Shown piece by piece: positions 1 to 11,403 of a stretch of DNA of 64,000 nucleotides. A model generated the notes under the pieces. It saw only the letters and a program-made list of their open reading frames with translations. It had not been told where the DNA came from and ran no database searches. Position numbers and translations under genes: made by a program. The stretch comes from Nannocystis bainbridge (GTDB lineage Bacteria > Myxococcota_A > Polyangia > Nannocystales > Nannocystaceae): the NCBI RefSeq assembly GCF_028368995.1, contig NZ_JAQNDL010000002.1:801724-865723 (forward strand). The letters are read 5' to 3'. The stretch's first letter is position 1, and each line of letters begins with the position of its first letter.

Positions 1-2247
<2,247 letters not shown>

Positions 2248-2263
2248 GGCGCGGCATGGCAGG

Positions 2264-2992
2264 TCAGCGCTCCTTGATGTGGGTGCCGTCGAAGGTGTGG
2301 TCGTTGCCGATGGCCTGGTTGATGACGTCGCGGTGGGCGCTCACGTCCCAGCCGAGGCGCGCGAGGCCGGTGAGGACCCGGGTGCGCAGGCGCAGCGAGT
2401 CCTCGGCCGGGTTGCCGATGCGAGCGACCAGCGGATCGAGCGAGCGCGGCTCGCCGATGTCGAGCAGGGCCTCGACCGCGAAGAAGCGGACACCCTCGTC
2501 CGGATCCTCGAGGTAGCCGGCGAGGATGTCAGGCACCCGCGGGTCGTCGATCTCCTGCAGGTGGGTGAGCAGCTGCAGCTTGGCGCTGGGGTCGCGCTCG
2601 TAGCCCGGCGCGTGGTGGGCCAGCAGGGCGTCGAGGATGTCCCACTCCTGCTCCTTGTTGGCCAGCTCCTCGACCACGCGCAGCACCCACGCGATGTTGT
2701 CGCTCTGCAGCGAGAACTCCTTGGCGGCCGGCAGCACGGTGGCGAGCGGGAGGCCGAGCAGGCGCTTGTAAAGCCAGCCCTTCTCCTCCTCGTCCTCGAT
2801 GCTCTTGCTGGCGTTCATCGTGAACCGCTTCATCAGGCCGACGATCGCCGGGATCTCGGCCATCTCGAGCAGCTGCTCCATCGCGTAGTAGCGGTCGGCC
2901 GACTGCGCGTACTGGTTCTGGACGGTCTTGATGTGCTTGTCGAGCTTGCTCTTGCTGCGACCCGCGCTGCTGAAGAGGTCCTTGAGTCCCAC
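2264..2992 (-). CDS. HEAT-repeat (PBS-lyase HEAT-like) protein, directly upstream of carB and probably co-transcribed with it
   Basis: HEAT-like repeats DDPRVPDILAGYLEDPDEGVRFFAVEALLDIGEPRSLDPLVARIG. The stop at 2264 is 16 nt before the carB ATG. The start is uncertain: GTG at 2992 is preceded by GGGGA, while the ORF-track start at 3130 lies in low-complexity sequence. Confidence 0.6.
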   Translation of the reverse strand: MGLKDLFSSAGRSKSKLDKHIKTVQNQYAQSADRYYAMEQLLEMAEIPAIVGLMKRFTMNASKSIEDEEEKGWLYKRLLGLPLATVLPAAKEFSLQSDNIAWVLRVVEELANKEQEWDILDALLAHHAPGYERDPSAKLQLLTHLQEIDDPRVPDILAGYLEDPDEGVRFFAVEALLDIGEPRSLDPLVARIGNPAEDSLRLRTRVLTGLARLGWDVSAHRDVINQAIGNDHTFDGTHIKER

Positions 2993-3108
2993 GTTCGTCC
3001 CCGTGTCGCTGCGGGCGCGCCGGCCCGCGGTTTTCGGCCCGGTGGGCCGCGTAGCAAGAGCCCCGGCGGGGCTCCTCGAGATCGGGCCCAGAGGTGCCCG
3101 CGTGCAAG

Positions 3109-3156
3109 TGGCCCGTGGGCCGTGAAGCAAAATTAAGGCCCGTGGGCCGTGAAGCT
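3109..3156. promoter_or_regulatory. Direct repeat (2 x ~19 bp, GCCCGTGGGCCGTGAAGC) in the putative promoter region of the HEAT-protein/carB operon
   Basis: tggcccgtgggccgtgaagc at 3109-3128 and aggcccgtgggccgtgaagc at 3137-3156 are separated by aaaattaa. Each copy contains the internal palindrome gcccgtgggc. They sit 120-160 bp upstream of the HEAT-gene start. Confidence 0.4.
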
Positions 3157-3263
3157 GGGGCGGGCCGGTCGTCGCGCGGCCCGGGCGCGGCGGCGCCGTG
3201 AGGCTGCCCGCGCGCGCGAGGACAGGGGCGGAGGAGCCGCCCCGTCGCGCATGAATTGGTCGC

Positions 3264-3605
3264 TCATGAAGTGGAAGATGCGCCGGTCATGGTGGTGGCG
3301 CCGGTCGGGTCGGTGTCGTCGCCGGTGCTGTCGCCGCTGGTGCTGGTGCCGGTGGTCGGTTCGGGGGGACCGCCGCCGCTCGCGCCGGGGGCGCCGAGCT
3401 TGCACGCGCCGACCGAGTCGTCGTCGGGCGTGTCTTCGCGGTGGCAGCAGCCGTCGATCCGGCACTCGTAGCCGCCCGGGCACTCGCCGCCGTCGTCGGG
3501 GTCGCAGGCGAACTGCACCGCGTCGCTCGGGGCGTTGAAGCAGGCGGCCAGGGCGGCCGACCCGAACAGGAGGCCGGCCAACGTGGCTTTTACGACATGG
3601 CGCAT
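3264..3605 (-). CDS. Small secreted Cys-rich protein with an N-terminal signal peptide (113 aa)
   Basis: MRHVVKATLAGLLFGSAALAACFNAPS signal-like N-terminus, then a Cys-rich segment (CDPDDGGECPGGYECRIDGCCH) and a Gly/Thr-rich tail. The longer track ORF 3264..4508 has a composition-biased N-terminal extension. Confidence 0.55.
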   Translation of the reverse strand: MRHVVKATLAGLLFGSAALAACFNAPSDAVQFACDPDDGGECPGGYECRIDGCCHREDTPDDDSVGACKLGAPGASGGGPPEPTTGTSTSGDSTGDDTDPTGATTMTGASSTS

Positions 3606-3627
3606 GGGTCCTGTCCCTTTGGCCATG

Positions 3628-4356
3628 TCAGAAGCGCACCTGCAGCCCGCCGAGGCTGGCTTGCACGCGAGTGGGCCGCCGCTTGACGCGGTCGGCGATG
3701 AACAGGCTGATGCCGACGGCCAGCACGACGCCGCCGGCGGCGAGGAAGCTGCGGGCGAGGATGGCGTCGCGGCGGCCGCGGGCGAGGATGTCGTCGTACT
3801 CGTCCTTGACGTCGGCGTACTGCAGGGAGGCGCCGGTCTCGGGGTCGATCTGGGCGATGAGCCGCGCGGCCTTGTCCTCCTCGGTCTCGGCCAGGCCGGC
3901 GAACACGCCGCCGGTCGAGGCGAGGGCGAAGCCGCCGAACACGGCCCACCAGCCGCCGCGCTGCAGCGGGGGCAGCCGCTCGGGCACGCCCTCGGCCGGC
4001 TTGTCGCGCAGGGCGGTGCCCTCGAGCTCGGCCTTGGCCCGCTTGCCCTCGGGATCGGTGGTGGCGACAGTGCTGCCGAGACCTGCGCCCTGGGACACGT
4101 TGTTCGGCGGAGCGGTAGGATCCGCGGGCGGAGCGGTGACCGGCTGGGTCGCCGGGGACGGCTCCGTGGCAGGGGGATCTTGCTTGCCCGCGGGCTGCGC
4201 AGGCGCGGGAGCGGGCTCGGAGGTCGGCGCAGGAGCGGGCGCCGAGGCAGGGGTGCTCGGGCTCTGAGCGCGGACGGGCAGCGAGGCGCCAACGACAGCG
4301 ATGCCGACGAGGAGGCCGAAGGCCCGCGCGGACATCGTGGTGAATGGTGCGCCCAT
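3628..4356 (-). CDS. Secreted Pro/Ala-rich hypothetical protein with a C-terminal hydrophobic segment
   Basis: A signal-like segment (MSARAFGLLVGIAVVGASLPVRAQS) is followed by a PAPAP-rich low-complexity linker and a conserved-looking C-terminal half ending in a hydrophobic helix and ...GGLQVRF. Confidence 0.55.
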   Translation of the reverse strand: MGAPFTTMSARAFGLLVGIAVVGASLPVRAQSPSTPASAPAPAPTSEPAPAPAQPAGKQDPPATEPSPATQPVTAPPADPTAPPNNVSQGAGLGSTVATTDPEGKRAKAELEGTALRDKPAEGVPERLPPLQRGGWWAVFGGFALASTGGVFAGLAETEEDKAARLIAQIDPETGASLQYADVKDEYDDILARGRRDAILARSFLAAGGVVLAVGISLFIADRVKRRPTRVQASLGGLQVRF

Positions 4357-4502
4357 CGCCGGGCGGGATTGTAGTCAGGTCGTTGGCGTGACGCTCGTGC
4401 GTTTCCGGCGCCCCTGGGTGGCAGGATGGTGTGACTTTTGCCACCGGCGTGACGGTGCCGAATCACGTCGGATCGGGCCGCGTGGTATCCACGATCCCCT
4501 TC

Positions 4503-5027
4503 ATGCATCGCCTCCTCTGCGCCGCGCTCCTGCTCGCGCTCGCCGGCGGCTGCAAGCGCAACGGCTCGCGGGACATGGACGTGGTCGATGTGGTGGCGCC
4601 GTCGGGCGAGGTCTACCCGGAGGGGGCGAGCGACTTCACCGGCGAGTGGGTCGGCGAGAGCGCCGGCATCTTCGGCACGCTGACGATCCAGCGGCTGGCG
4701 AGCGATCGCTACTACGGCCGCTTCGCCAGCGAGGACGGGCTCATCGGCTTCGTCTGCAACCTGCGCCAGATCCGGGCCACGCCGGGCGAGGGCGGGGCGA
4801 TGCTGCCGAGCAACCTGGTGACGTTCCAGTGGCAGGACGGTCGCGGCGGCCGCGGCGGCGGGTGGGCGCTGATCAACCGCGAGAGCTCGGCGCTGACCGG
4901 CGAGATCCGCTACGGCGGGCTCGGCACGCTGAGCTTCGTCCGCACCGACGCGCCCGACATCGAGGCGCCCGCCGACGCCGAGACGGCCGAGGCGATGACG
5001 GACGAGCTCGACGAGCAGGCGGGCTGA
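4503..5027 (+). CDS. Lipoprotein, hypothetical
   Basis: MHRLLCAALLLALAGGC has a lipobox (LAGGC). The body is a mixed-composition globular sequence (WVGESAGIFGTLTIQRLASDRYYGRF). The track ORF start at 4431 precedes the signal peptide. Confidence 0.65.
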   Translation: MHRLLCAALLLALAGGCKRNGSRDMDVVDVVAPSGEVYPEGASDFTGEWVGESAGIFGTLTIQRLASDRYYGRFASEDGLIGFVCNLRQIRATPGEGGAMLPSNLVTFQWQDGRGGRGGGWALINRESSALTGEIRYGGLGTLSFVRTDAPDIEAPADAETAEAMTDELDEQAG

Positions 5028-5115
5028 GTCGCGGCGCCGGGCGAGCGGGCGAGGCTCCTCGGCGGGCGGAGATCCTGGACGCGCGCTGATTCAGGCGGCG
5101 TCGGCACCGAGTCGA

Positions 5116-5197
5116 GAGAGCATGTCCATCGGGACATGCTCTCTCGGACATGTTCTCAAGAGCATGCCGCCGGGGACATGTCCCATGCGACATGCCC
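5116..5197. repeat. Tandem array of 6 palindromic GGACATGTCC-family repeat units (13-14 bp period) between convergent genes
   Basis: Units gagcatgtcc, gggacatgctc, cggacatgttc, agagcatgcc, ggggacatgtccc and gcgacatgccc are read directly. The array lies between the 3' ends of the 4503-5027 (+) and 5209-6471 (-) genes. Confidence 0.85.
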
Positions 5198-5208
5198 CCG
5201 AAGTCACG

Positions 5209-6471
5209 TCATGGCGTGCGCGGAGTCGGGCGCGGCAGCAGGCGGCGTTGGTTGAAGCAGAGGCCCCAGCCGTGCGGCTCCTCGTGGGGGCGCGCGGGGC
5301 CGCTGACGAGGCGCGGGCCGTCGCCGCGGGCGGGCGGGCGCTCGCCGCCGGCGCGCACGCGCACGAGGGCGATGTCGAGGTGGCCGCGGCCGTCCATGTC
5401 GAGCGGGAGCTCGGCGACGGTCTCGGCCTCGAGGGCGAGCGGGCCGCCGGGGGCCTCGACGGTGAGGCCGGTGCGAGCGGGCGCGCGGCCGGGGCGGCGC
5501 TCCTGAGTGACGCCGAGGTCGCGGATCGGGACGACGCCGCCGGGGCGCTGGACGAAGCCGCCGGACAGGCTCACCCACGGAAATCGAGCGGTGTGCACCC
5601 ACGTCCGCAGCGGGCCGACGGCGGCGAAGCACTGCATGGCGGCGTCGCTGGCGCCCCAGTCGCGCACGCCCCAGTTGTGGACGCGGATCGCGGCGCCGCC
5701 GAAGGCCCGCAGGTCGCCGCCGAGCGTGACGGTGCCGTGGAGGTCGCCGGCCTGGACGTAGCCGCGGAGCGGGTGCCGCCGGACGGCTCGGAGCAGGCGG
5801 GTGTCCCAGGCGGCGGCGCCGAGCTGGCGCGCGAGCAGGTCGGGGTCGTCGTCGGCGCCGGGCACGAAGGGCAGGAGGCCGGCGAGGAAGGTGAGGTCGA
5901 GGCGGGCCTCGATCGACTCGGCCGGGGCGTCGCCGGCGGGGCGCACGGGGCGGCCGCGTGGATCGTGGACGTCGAGGGCGCCGCGGTAGCGCAGCGTCCA
6001 GGTGCGCAGGGGCTCGACGCAGTCGAAGCTGAGGCCGCCGACCGACCAGCCGCGCTCACCGTCGCCGCGCAGCAGGGCCTGGCCGCCGGGCAGGCTATAG
6101 ACCGCGGTCGGCGTGAGCAGGGTGAGCCAGACGCGGTGGGCGTCGCGGCCGGGCAACCACTCGAGCCGCGCGATCACGCCGAGCTCGGACTGCACGCCGG
6201 CGAACACGAACTCCTCGGCGAAATGCGGGCGGCCGTCCCAGGCGTGGCGCGCCTCGTCCTGCGGGCGCGGCCATTCGGCGGCGGGCCGGCGGAGCACGGC
6301 CCAGCGCGCGATCGCGGCCTTGACCCCGCGGCGCAGCAGGCCGGAGAGGCCGGGATCGGCGACCGCGGCGCCCAGATCGAGGCTGCCGTCGTGATCGTCG
6401 GCCGGCGCGACGTGCGGGCGCAGCGGCCGGGGGCCGCGTGGGTCTTCGGAGTGGGAGTCGCGTCCGGACAT
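5209..6471 (-). CDS. Hypothetical protein (420 aa)
   Basis: Long minus-strand ORF with ordinary amino-acid diversity (FDCVEPLRTWTLRYRGALDVHDP, HNWGVRDWGASDAAMQCF). The overlapping plus-strand ORF 5122-6612 is Ala/Gly/Arg/Glu-rich, as expected for an antisense shadow. I recognise no domain. Confidence 0.55.
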   Translation of the reverse strand: MSGRDSHSEDPRGPRPLRPHVAPADDHDGSLDLGAAVADPGLSGLLRRGVKAAIARWAVLRRPAAEWPRPQDEARHAWDGRPHFAEEFVFAGVQSELGVIARLEWLPGRDAHRVWLTLLTPTAVYSLPGGQALLRGDGERGWSVGGLSFDCVEPLRTWTLRYRGALDVHDPRGRPVRPAGDAPAESIEARLDLTFLAGLLPFVPGADDDPDLLARQLGAAAWDTRLLRAVRRHPLRGYVQAGDLHGTVTLGGDLRAFGGAAIRVHNWGVRDWGASDAAMQCFAAVGPLRTWVHTARFPWVSLSGGFVQRPGGVVPIRDLGVTQERRPGRAPARTGLTVEAPGGPLALEAETVAELPLDMDGRGHLDIALVRVRAGGERPPARGDGPRLVSGPARPHEEPHGWGLCFNQRRLLPRPTPRTP

Positions 6472-6637
6472 CGGCCTCGGAAGGCGGCCAGCGTATCATC
6501 CGTGCGCCAGGACGGCCACCGCCGAGAATGCGCCGGCGCAGGCGGCCCCTTGCCGGGCGCCCGGACAGGGACGGCTGGCCGGCCGCCCTTGTGCCGGCGG
6601 CCCGCCGCGTGATACCGAAGTCGACGGAGGCCTCTCT

Positions 6638-7417
6638 GTGGTTCGTCTCGCCTGCGCCCTGACCGTCGTCCTGACCACCGCCTTCGCACCCGCGTGCAAC
6701 AACCCGCCGCCCGTCGACCCCGCCGAGCAGGCGGCCCAGATGAAGAAAGACCTCGCCAACGCGGCCGCGCGCGTCAACGACGAGAAGTGGGAGGAGGCCA
6801 ACGGCATGCTGACGCGCGTGCTGGAGGCCGAGCCGGGCAACCCGGAGGCGCTGGCGCTGCAGGCCAAGGTGCGGCTGTTCGGCGACAAAGACGTGCCCAA
6901 GGCGCTCGAGCTGGTCGATCGGGCGATCGCCACCAAGGGCGATGTGCCCGACTACCACGCGACCCGGGCGCTGGCGCTGCAGAAGAGCGGCAAGGACGCC
7001 GAGGCCGCGGCGTCGTGGGGCAAGGCGGCCCAGCTCGACCCCGACAACGGCAACTACGGGCTCCACCAGGGCCAGGCGCTGCGCCGGGCCAAGCAGTTCG
7101 AGCAGGCCGAGGCGGTGTTCCGCGAGGTCATCAAGAACGACGAGGCGGTCAAGTTCGTGTACAGCGAGCTCGGCGACGCGCTGCGCGAGCAGGGCAAGCT
7201 CGACGAGGCGCTGACGGCCTACGCCAAGGGGATGATCAAGTACCAGGGCGACAAGACGGCCCACGCCGGCGCGGCCCAGGTCTACGAGGCGAAGGGCGAC
7301 ACGCAGAAGGCGATCGACGAGTGGTCGACGTACATCCGCATGGACTGCTGCTCGGACTTCAGCAACAACGTGGCGAAGAAGCGCATCGCCGAGCTGCAGC
7401 AGGGCCGCGCGGGCTGA
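6638..7417 (+). CDS. TPR-repeat lipoprotein
   Basis: GTG start follows a GGAGG ribosome-binding site. The lipobox is TAFAPAC. Several TPR-like units are present (EANGMLTRVLEAEPGNPEALALQAKV, ALALQKSGKDAEAAASWGKAAQLDPDNG, YSELGDALREQGKLDEALTAYAKGM). Confidence 0.8.
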   Translation: MVRLACALTVVLTTAFAPACNNPPPVDPAEQAAQMKKDLANAAARVNDEKWEEANGMLTRVLEAEPGNPEALALQAKVRLFGDKDVPKALELVDRAIATKGDVPDYHATRALALQKSGKDAEAAASWGKAAQLDPDNGNYGLHQGQALRRAKQFEQAEAVFREVIKNDEAVKFVYSELGDALREQGKLDEALTAYAKGMIKYQGDKTAHAGAAQVYEAKGDTQKAIDEWSTYIRMDCCSDFSNNVAKKRIAELQQGRAG

Positions 7418-7419
7418 GC

Positions 7420-7557
7420 TGTCCTCGCGGACAGGTCGATCGGTTGTCCTGAGGGACAGCCGAGGTCGAGGCGACGGAGAGTCGGCGATGGATGTCCTCA
7501 GGGACATGTCGCGACCGCCGTCGAAGCAGGGCTTCGGATGTCCTCAGGGACATGGCG
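7420..7557. repeat. Array of four TGTCC-N5-GGACA inverted-repeat units, two of them fused to GGACATGTC, at convergent gene ends
   Basis: tgtcctcgcggacag, tgtcctgagggacag, tgtcctcagggacatgtc and tgtcctcagggacatgg use the same half-sites as the GGACATGTCC family but in permuted arrangement. The array lies between the stop of 6638-7417 (+) and the stop of 7612-8727 (-). Confidence 0.85.
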
Positions 7558-7611
7558 GAAAGCGCAGGTCGCCCGAGGCCATCTGCCCTCGCGGCCAGGC
7601 GCGCCGGGGCC

Positions 7612-8727
7612 TCAGGGCGCGAGGGTCGGGCCGGCGATCGCGGCCAGGGTCTCGCGCAGGTAGCGGACCGCCAGGGCCACGGTCTGCTTGCCGCCGTCGC
7701 GGGCGAGCGGGGGGGCGACCTCGACGACGTCAGCGGCGCACAGGCCGATCTCCCGGCCGAGGGCGCGGATCAGCTCGACCACGAAATCGGGCTCGAGGCC
7801 GTCAGGCTCGGGCGTGCCGGCGGCGTCGGCCCAGATCGAGTCGGTGCCGTCGATGTCGTTGGAGAAGTAGACCGAGCCGACGCCGAGACCCTTGAGGTGG
7901 GCGACGATGGCCACGATCGTGCCGGCGGGGTCGGCCTTGACCTCCTCGGCCCAGAACTGGCGCACGCCGAGGCTGCGCTCCCAGTGCTGACGATCGTGCC
8001 GCGAGGCCCGGACGCCGACCTGCACCAGCCGACCGTCGCGGCCGAGCAATTCGTTGGCGTGGTAGGACCAGGTGGCGAAGCAGATCTTGATGCCGAGCCG
8101 CTCGGGCAGCAGGTCGGTGTGCGCGTCGGGCTGGACGATGGCCCAGCGATCGCGGCGGTGCCGGGCCAGGGTGGCGGCGACCGGCCAGGCGTTGGAGTGG
8201 TCGCCGCCGAGGATCACGGGGACGACGGCGGGGTTGAGCTGGTAGACGAGGTCGAGCGCGCGCTCGGCGATCGACAGCGGCGAGACGGGCAGGGTGGCGG
8301 CTGTCTCTTCGGGCAGGTGGCCGTAGAGCGCGCGCCGACTGGCGGCCAGCTGCCCGGCGCTCAACATGTCGTCGTGGAGCAGCTGGGGGATGACGAACAC
8401 GTCGCCGATGTCGATCACCCCGGCGGCGGCGGCCCGCGCGGTCCAGTCGTCGTCGCTGGCGAGCAGGCCGCTGCGGATCGCCTGCGGGCCGACGTTGGCG
8501 CCGCGCAGAAATCCGGCGCCGACGTCGGAGGGGCAGCCGAGCAGGACGACGCGCGCGCCCGCGATCGCGGCGAGGTTGCGGCGGAACGCCTCGGCGACGC
8601 CGGCCTCGTCGGCGACGCCGTAGAGCCGGCGCTGCATCGCCAGCTGCTCGGCCCGCCCGGTCGAGACCAGGAAGAGCCCGCCGCCGGCGGGACGCAGCAG
8701 GGCCGCGAGTTCGTCGAGTGGGGTCAT
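7612..8727 (-). CDS. Arginase/agmatinase/formiminoglutamase-family (ureohydrolase) protein
   Basis: Metal-binding motifs of the arginase fold are present: GGDHSNAWP, DAHTD and SNDIDGTD. The length is 371 aa. Confidence 0.85.
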   Translation of the reverse strand: MTPLDELAALLRPAGGGLFLVSTGRAEQLAMQRRLYGVADEAGVAEAFRRNLAAIAGARVVLLGCPSDVGAGFLRGANVGPQAIRSGLLASDDDWTARAAAAGVIDIGDVFVIPQLLHDDMLSAGQLAASRRALYGHLPEETAATLPVSPLSIAERALDLVYQLNPAVVPVILGGDHSNAWPVAATLARHRRDRWAIVQPDAHTDLLPERLGIKICFATWSYHANELLGRDGRLVQVGVRASRHDRQHWERSLGVRQFWAEEVKADPAGTIVAIVAHLKGLGVGSVYFSNDIDGTDSIWADAAGTPEPDGLEPDFVVELIRALGREIGLCAADVVEVAPPLARDGGKQTVALAVRYLRETLAAIAGPTLAP

Positions 8728-8947
8728 GCGAGAAGGCTAGACCCGCGGGCGGCGAAATTCGAGGGCGAGCAGGCGGTCACGAGAGGTCCTGGCGGCGGCT
8801 CGGCCCGCTGACGCGCCAGGGTTGAGCGTGATGCGGGCGAGCGCACGGCGGTGACCTTCGTCTCGCGCGGCGAGGGGCTCCCGCGACCGGCGTGCGCGCG
8901 AGAGGATCGCGGGCAGGGCCTTTCACACAAGCGGGCGGGCTCGCGCG

Positions 8948-9093
8948 AGACATGTCTGTAGGGACATGCCGTAAAGGACATGCACTGGGAAGCGCGGTCG
9001 TCCGCTCAAGCGCGGCAGTCCGTCGGGCCGCTCGCCCGGCCGACGCTACCTGATGACCTGCGCTTTTCGACCTGGCCTGGGGGACATGTCCCT
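8948..9093. repeat. GGACATGTCC-family repeat units (4) downstream of the 3' end of the outer-membrane-protein gene
   Basis: gagacatgtctg, gggacatgcc, aggacatgca and gggggacatgtccc lie just before the stop of the 9106-10578 (-) gene. Confidence 0.8.
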
Positions 9094-9105
9094 TCGGGCA
9101 GGGCC

Positions 9106-10578
9106 TCAGAAGTTCACGTCGAGGTACAGGTTGGTCAGGAAGATGTTCTGCTTGTAGACGCCGTCGGCGCTGGCGGCCCGGGTCGGCGCCTGGAACTTGT
9201 TGAGGACGCTGCGGCCCTTGGTGTCGACCTTGAAGTAGGCGATGTCGGTGAAGGTCAGGCCGAGGTGGAGGCGCTGATGCAGGCGGAACCGGCCGCCGAG
9301 GGAGAACGTCATCTTGTTGGAGTCGAGCAGGGCGGGCTCGATCGTCTGCACCGGGACGGCGGTCGAGTCGAAGCCGAGGCCGGCGTACAGCTCGACGGCG
9401 TCGATCACCCAGTAGCTGGCGCCGAAGCGGACGCCGCCGGCCGGCTTCCAGAAGCGCGGGATGTTCTGGGTGACGTTCTTGACGCCGTCGTCGGGGCCGT
9501 CGCCGCCGTACGACGCGGGGTCGGTGAGGGCGGTGTCGGCGTTGGCGAAGTCGCACTGCCGATCGGCCTTGGTGGCGTCGAGGACGCACTGCTTGTCCAG
9601 CACCTTCCAGTTGGTGAAGTCGCCGAACAGGCGCAGCTCGAGCTTGGGGACCGGGCGGACGCGGAAGCCGAAGCGGACGATGTCGGGCAGGCGCTGCTGC
9701 AGCTCGATCGGCGTCGCGGGGGCCACGGTGGCGGTGCCGAGCGCGTTGCTGAGATCGCCCTTCAGCGTCATGTTGCCGGTGATGTTGGGCCGGCTGGTGT
9801 ACGAGGCGCCGATCCACAGCTTGTCGCGCCAGTTCCAGATCGCGCCGATGCCGAAGCTGCCCTGCCAGCCCGAGGCCTTGAGCCAGCTGCGGCCCTCTTT
9901 GAGGGAGCCGTCGGACAGCACGAGGTCGTCGGTGCCGTCGGCGTTGCGGGCCCGGATGGTGTCGATCTCGCTGCGGATGGCGCTGCCCGAGAGGCCGATC
10001 GAGAGGCCGATCTTGGCGATGTTGAAGGCGACGGCGCCGGTGATGTACATCGACCGCAACTTGCCGTCGATGGTGTGCCAGCGCTGCACGCCGTCGACCG
10101 CGCCCGGGTAGTCCTGGCTGCCGCGGTACTTCTCGTTGGGCTTCCACGTCGACTGGCCGCCGAACGGGAAGTAGACCGCGGCGCCGGCCGAGAAGAACTT
10201 GGTGCCGAAGTCCGAGCTGGCGCCGGCGAACGGACCGGCGATGAAGTTGGAGAGCTTGGCGACGCCGGCGTTGGCGTCGGTGGCCCCCTCGGGAGTGCCG
10301 GTGTCGCTGTTGATGGCGGACTCCGGACGGTCGTAGCTGACCCACCGGGCCGCGAAGCTGCCGTCGACGAAGATCCGCGTGCCCGGCTTGAGCGCGATGC
10401 CCGCGGGGTTGTAGTAGATCGCGGTCGGGTTGTCGGTGGTGACGTGACCGTGCTCGCCGCCGAATCGCGCGGTGCTGAGGCCGGACGCGCGGGCCTCGTT
10501 GGCGCCGACGAAGGCGGCGGTCAGGAGGCCACAGGCGAAGAGGGTGCGCGAGCGAGACGCATGACGGGCGAGCGACAT
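9106..10578 (-). CDS. Outer-membrane transport protein of the OmpP1/FadL/TodX family (beta-barrel)
   Basis: Signal peptide MSLARHASRSRTLFACGLLTAAFVGANEARA. The body has alternating amphipathic beta-strand character, Gly/aromatic girdle residues, and a C-terminal ...YLDVNF ending in Phe. The overall length and motif pattern (NPAGIA, FGASYW) fit the FadL family. The Arg-rich overlapping ORF 8777..10345 is a frame shadow. Confidence 0.7.
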   Translation of the reverse strand: MSLARHASRSRTLFACGLLTAAFVGANEARASGLSTARFGGEHGHVTTDNPTAIYYNPAGIALKPGTRIFVDGSFAARWVSYDRPESAINSDTGTPEGATDANAGVAKLSNFIAGPFAGASSDFGTKFFSAGAAVYFPFGGQSTWKPNEKYRGSQDYPGAVDGVQRWHTIDGKLRSMYITGAVAFNIAKIGLSIGLSGSAIRSEIDTIRARNADGTDDLVLSDGSLKEGRSWLKASGWQGSFGIGAIWNWRDKLWIGASYTSRPNITGNMTLKGDLSNALGTATVAPATPIELQQRLPDIVRFGFRVRPVPKLELRLFGDFTNWKVLDKQCVLDATKADRQCDFANADTALTDPASYGGDGPDDGVKNVTQNIPRFWKPAGGVRFGASYWVIDAVELYAGLGFDSTAVPVQTIEPALLDSNKMTFSLGGRFRLHQRLHLGLTFTDIAYFKVDTKGRSVLNKFQAPTRAASADGVYKQNIFLTNLYLDVNF

Positions 10579-10662
10579 GAAGGTGACCTCGTACGACGAC
10601 AAACCGGCGCCACTTTACACCGAGGTCACTGCTTTACGGCGGACAAAATGCACGGCAGAGTG

Positions 10663-11316
10663 ATGCGCAGGATGTCCCGATCGCTCTCCGTCCTCGGTCT
10701 GTCGCTGCTGGTCCCGCTCGTGGGGGGGTGCCCCGACTCCGAGGCCAAGTTCGAGGAGTTCCTCGACAACACCAAGGACGACCGCGACTTCATGCCGCCG
10801 CCGCCCCCGGACGTGATGCCCGCCCAGGCCGACATCAGCGGCGATTTCCTGCTGGCAGTGTCGACCGTCATCTCGCCCGATCTGCCGCTGCAGTTCATCG
10901 CCACCAATACGCTGACGGTCGACGACATGGGCAACACGCTGCTCGCGGCCTGCCTGCAGCCGCTGAGCCTCATGGCGGGCAAGGTCAACGCGCCGCGCGA
11001 GCCCATCGGCGATCCGCTGTGTTACACGGACATCCCGATCGTCGACGGCAAGTTCGACATCGACGCCGGCCTGGTGAAGGTGACCGGCATGGCCAACCCG
11101 GTGACCGGCGCCGACATCGAGGCGACGCTGAGGATGATCGCCACCATCATCGACGAGGGGTTCTACTGCGGTGACATCGAGGGCGATCTTTCCGTGCCCT
11201 TCGCGCTCGACCTGAAAGGCTCGACCTTCGCGGCCGTGCGCATCGAGGATCCCGCGATGCTGCCGCTCGACGTGACCGTGAACTGCAAGGGCGATACGTT
11301 CCGCGACAAGGAATGA
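10663..11316 (+). CDS. Lipoprotein, hypothetical
   Basis: MRRMSRSLSVLGLSLLVPLVGGC lipobox, then a globular sequence with a PPPPP stretch. It is the tail of the long antisense track ORF 8980..11316. Confidence 0.6.
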   Translation: MRRMSRSLSVLGLSLLVPLVGGCPDSEAKFEEFLDNTKDDRDFMPPPPPDVMPAQADISGDFLLAVSTVISPDLPLQFIATNTLTVDDMGNTLLAACLQPLSLMAGKVNAPREPIGDPLCYTDIPIVDGKFDIDAGLVKVTGMANPVTGADIEATLRMIATIIDEGFYCGDIEGDLSVPFALDLKGSTFAAVRIEDPAMLPLDVTVNCKGDTFRDKE

Positions 11317-11403
11317 GCGCGATGCCGCGCAGAATCACGCAACATCACGCGTGATGGCACTGGTTTTTCGCCGGCCCGAGCCCGATCATCGCCAACCCCC
11401 ACG

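Noticed and set aside
5122-5200. Small peptides such as MS..GHV encoded by the repeat arrays in several frames (e.g. 5122, 7488, 23052, 53637 plus-strand ORF starts)
   Set aside because: The ATG and GTC triplets are intrinsic to the palindrome GGACATGTCC. They create recurring MS and HV codons in whichever frame is read. The arrays have low GC3 and no ribosome-binding sites, so these ORFs are repeat artefacts.
8777-10345. 522-aa Arg-rich minus-strand ORF and 778-aa plus-strand ORF (8980..11316) over the FadL-like gene
   Set aside because: Alternative-frame and antisense shadows. The FadL-like frame 9106..10578 has a signal peptide, beta-barrel character and a C-terminal Phe. Only the tail of the plus ORF (10663..11316) was kept, as a lipoprotein.
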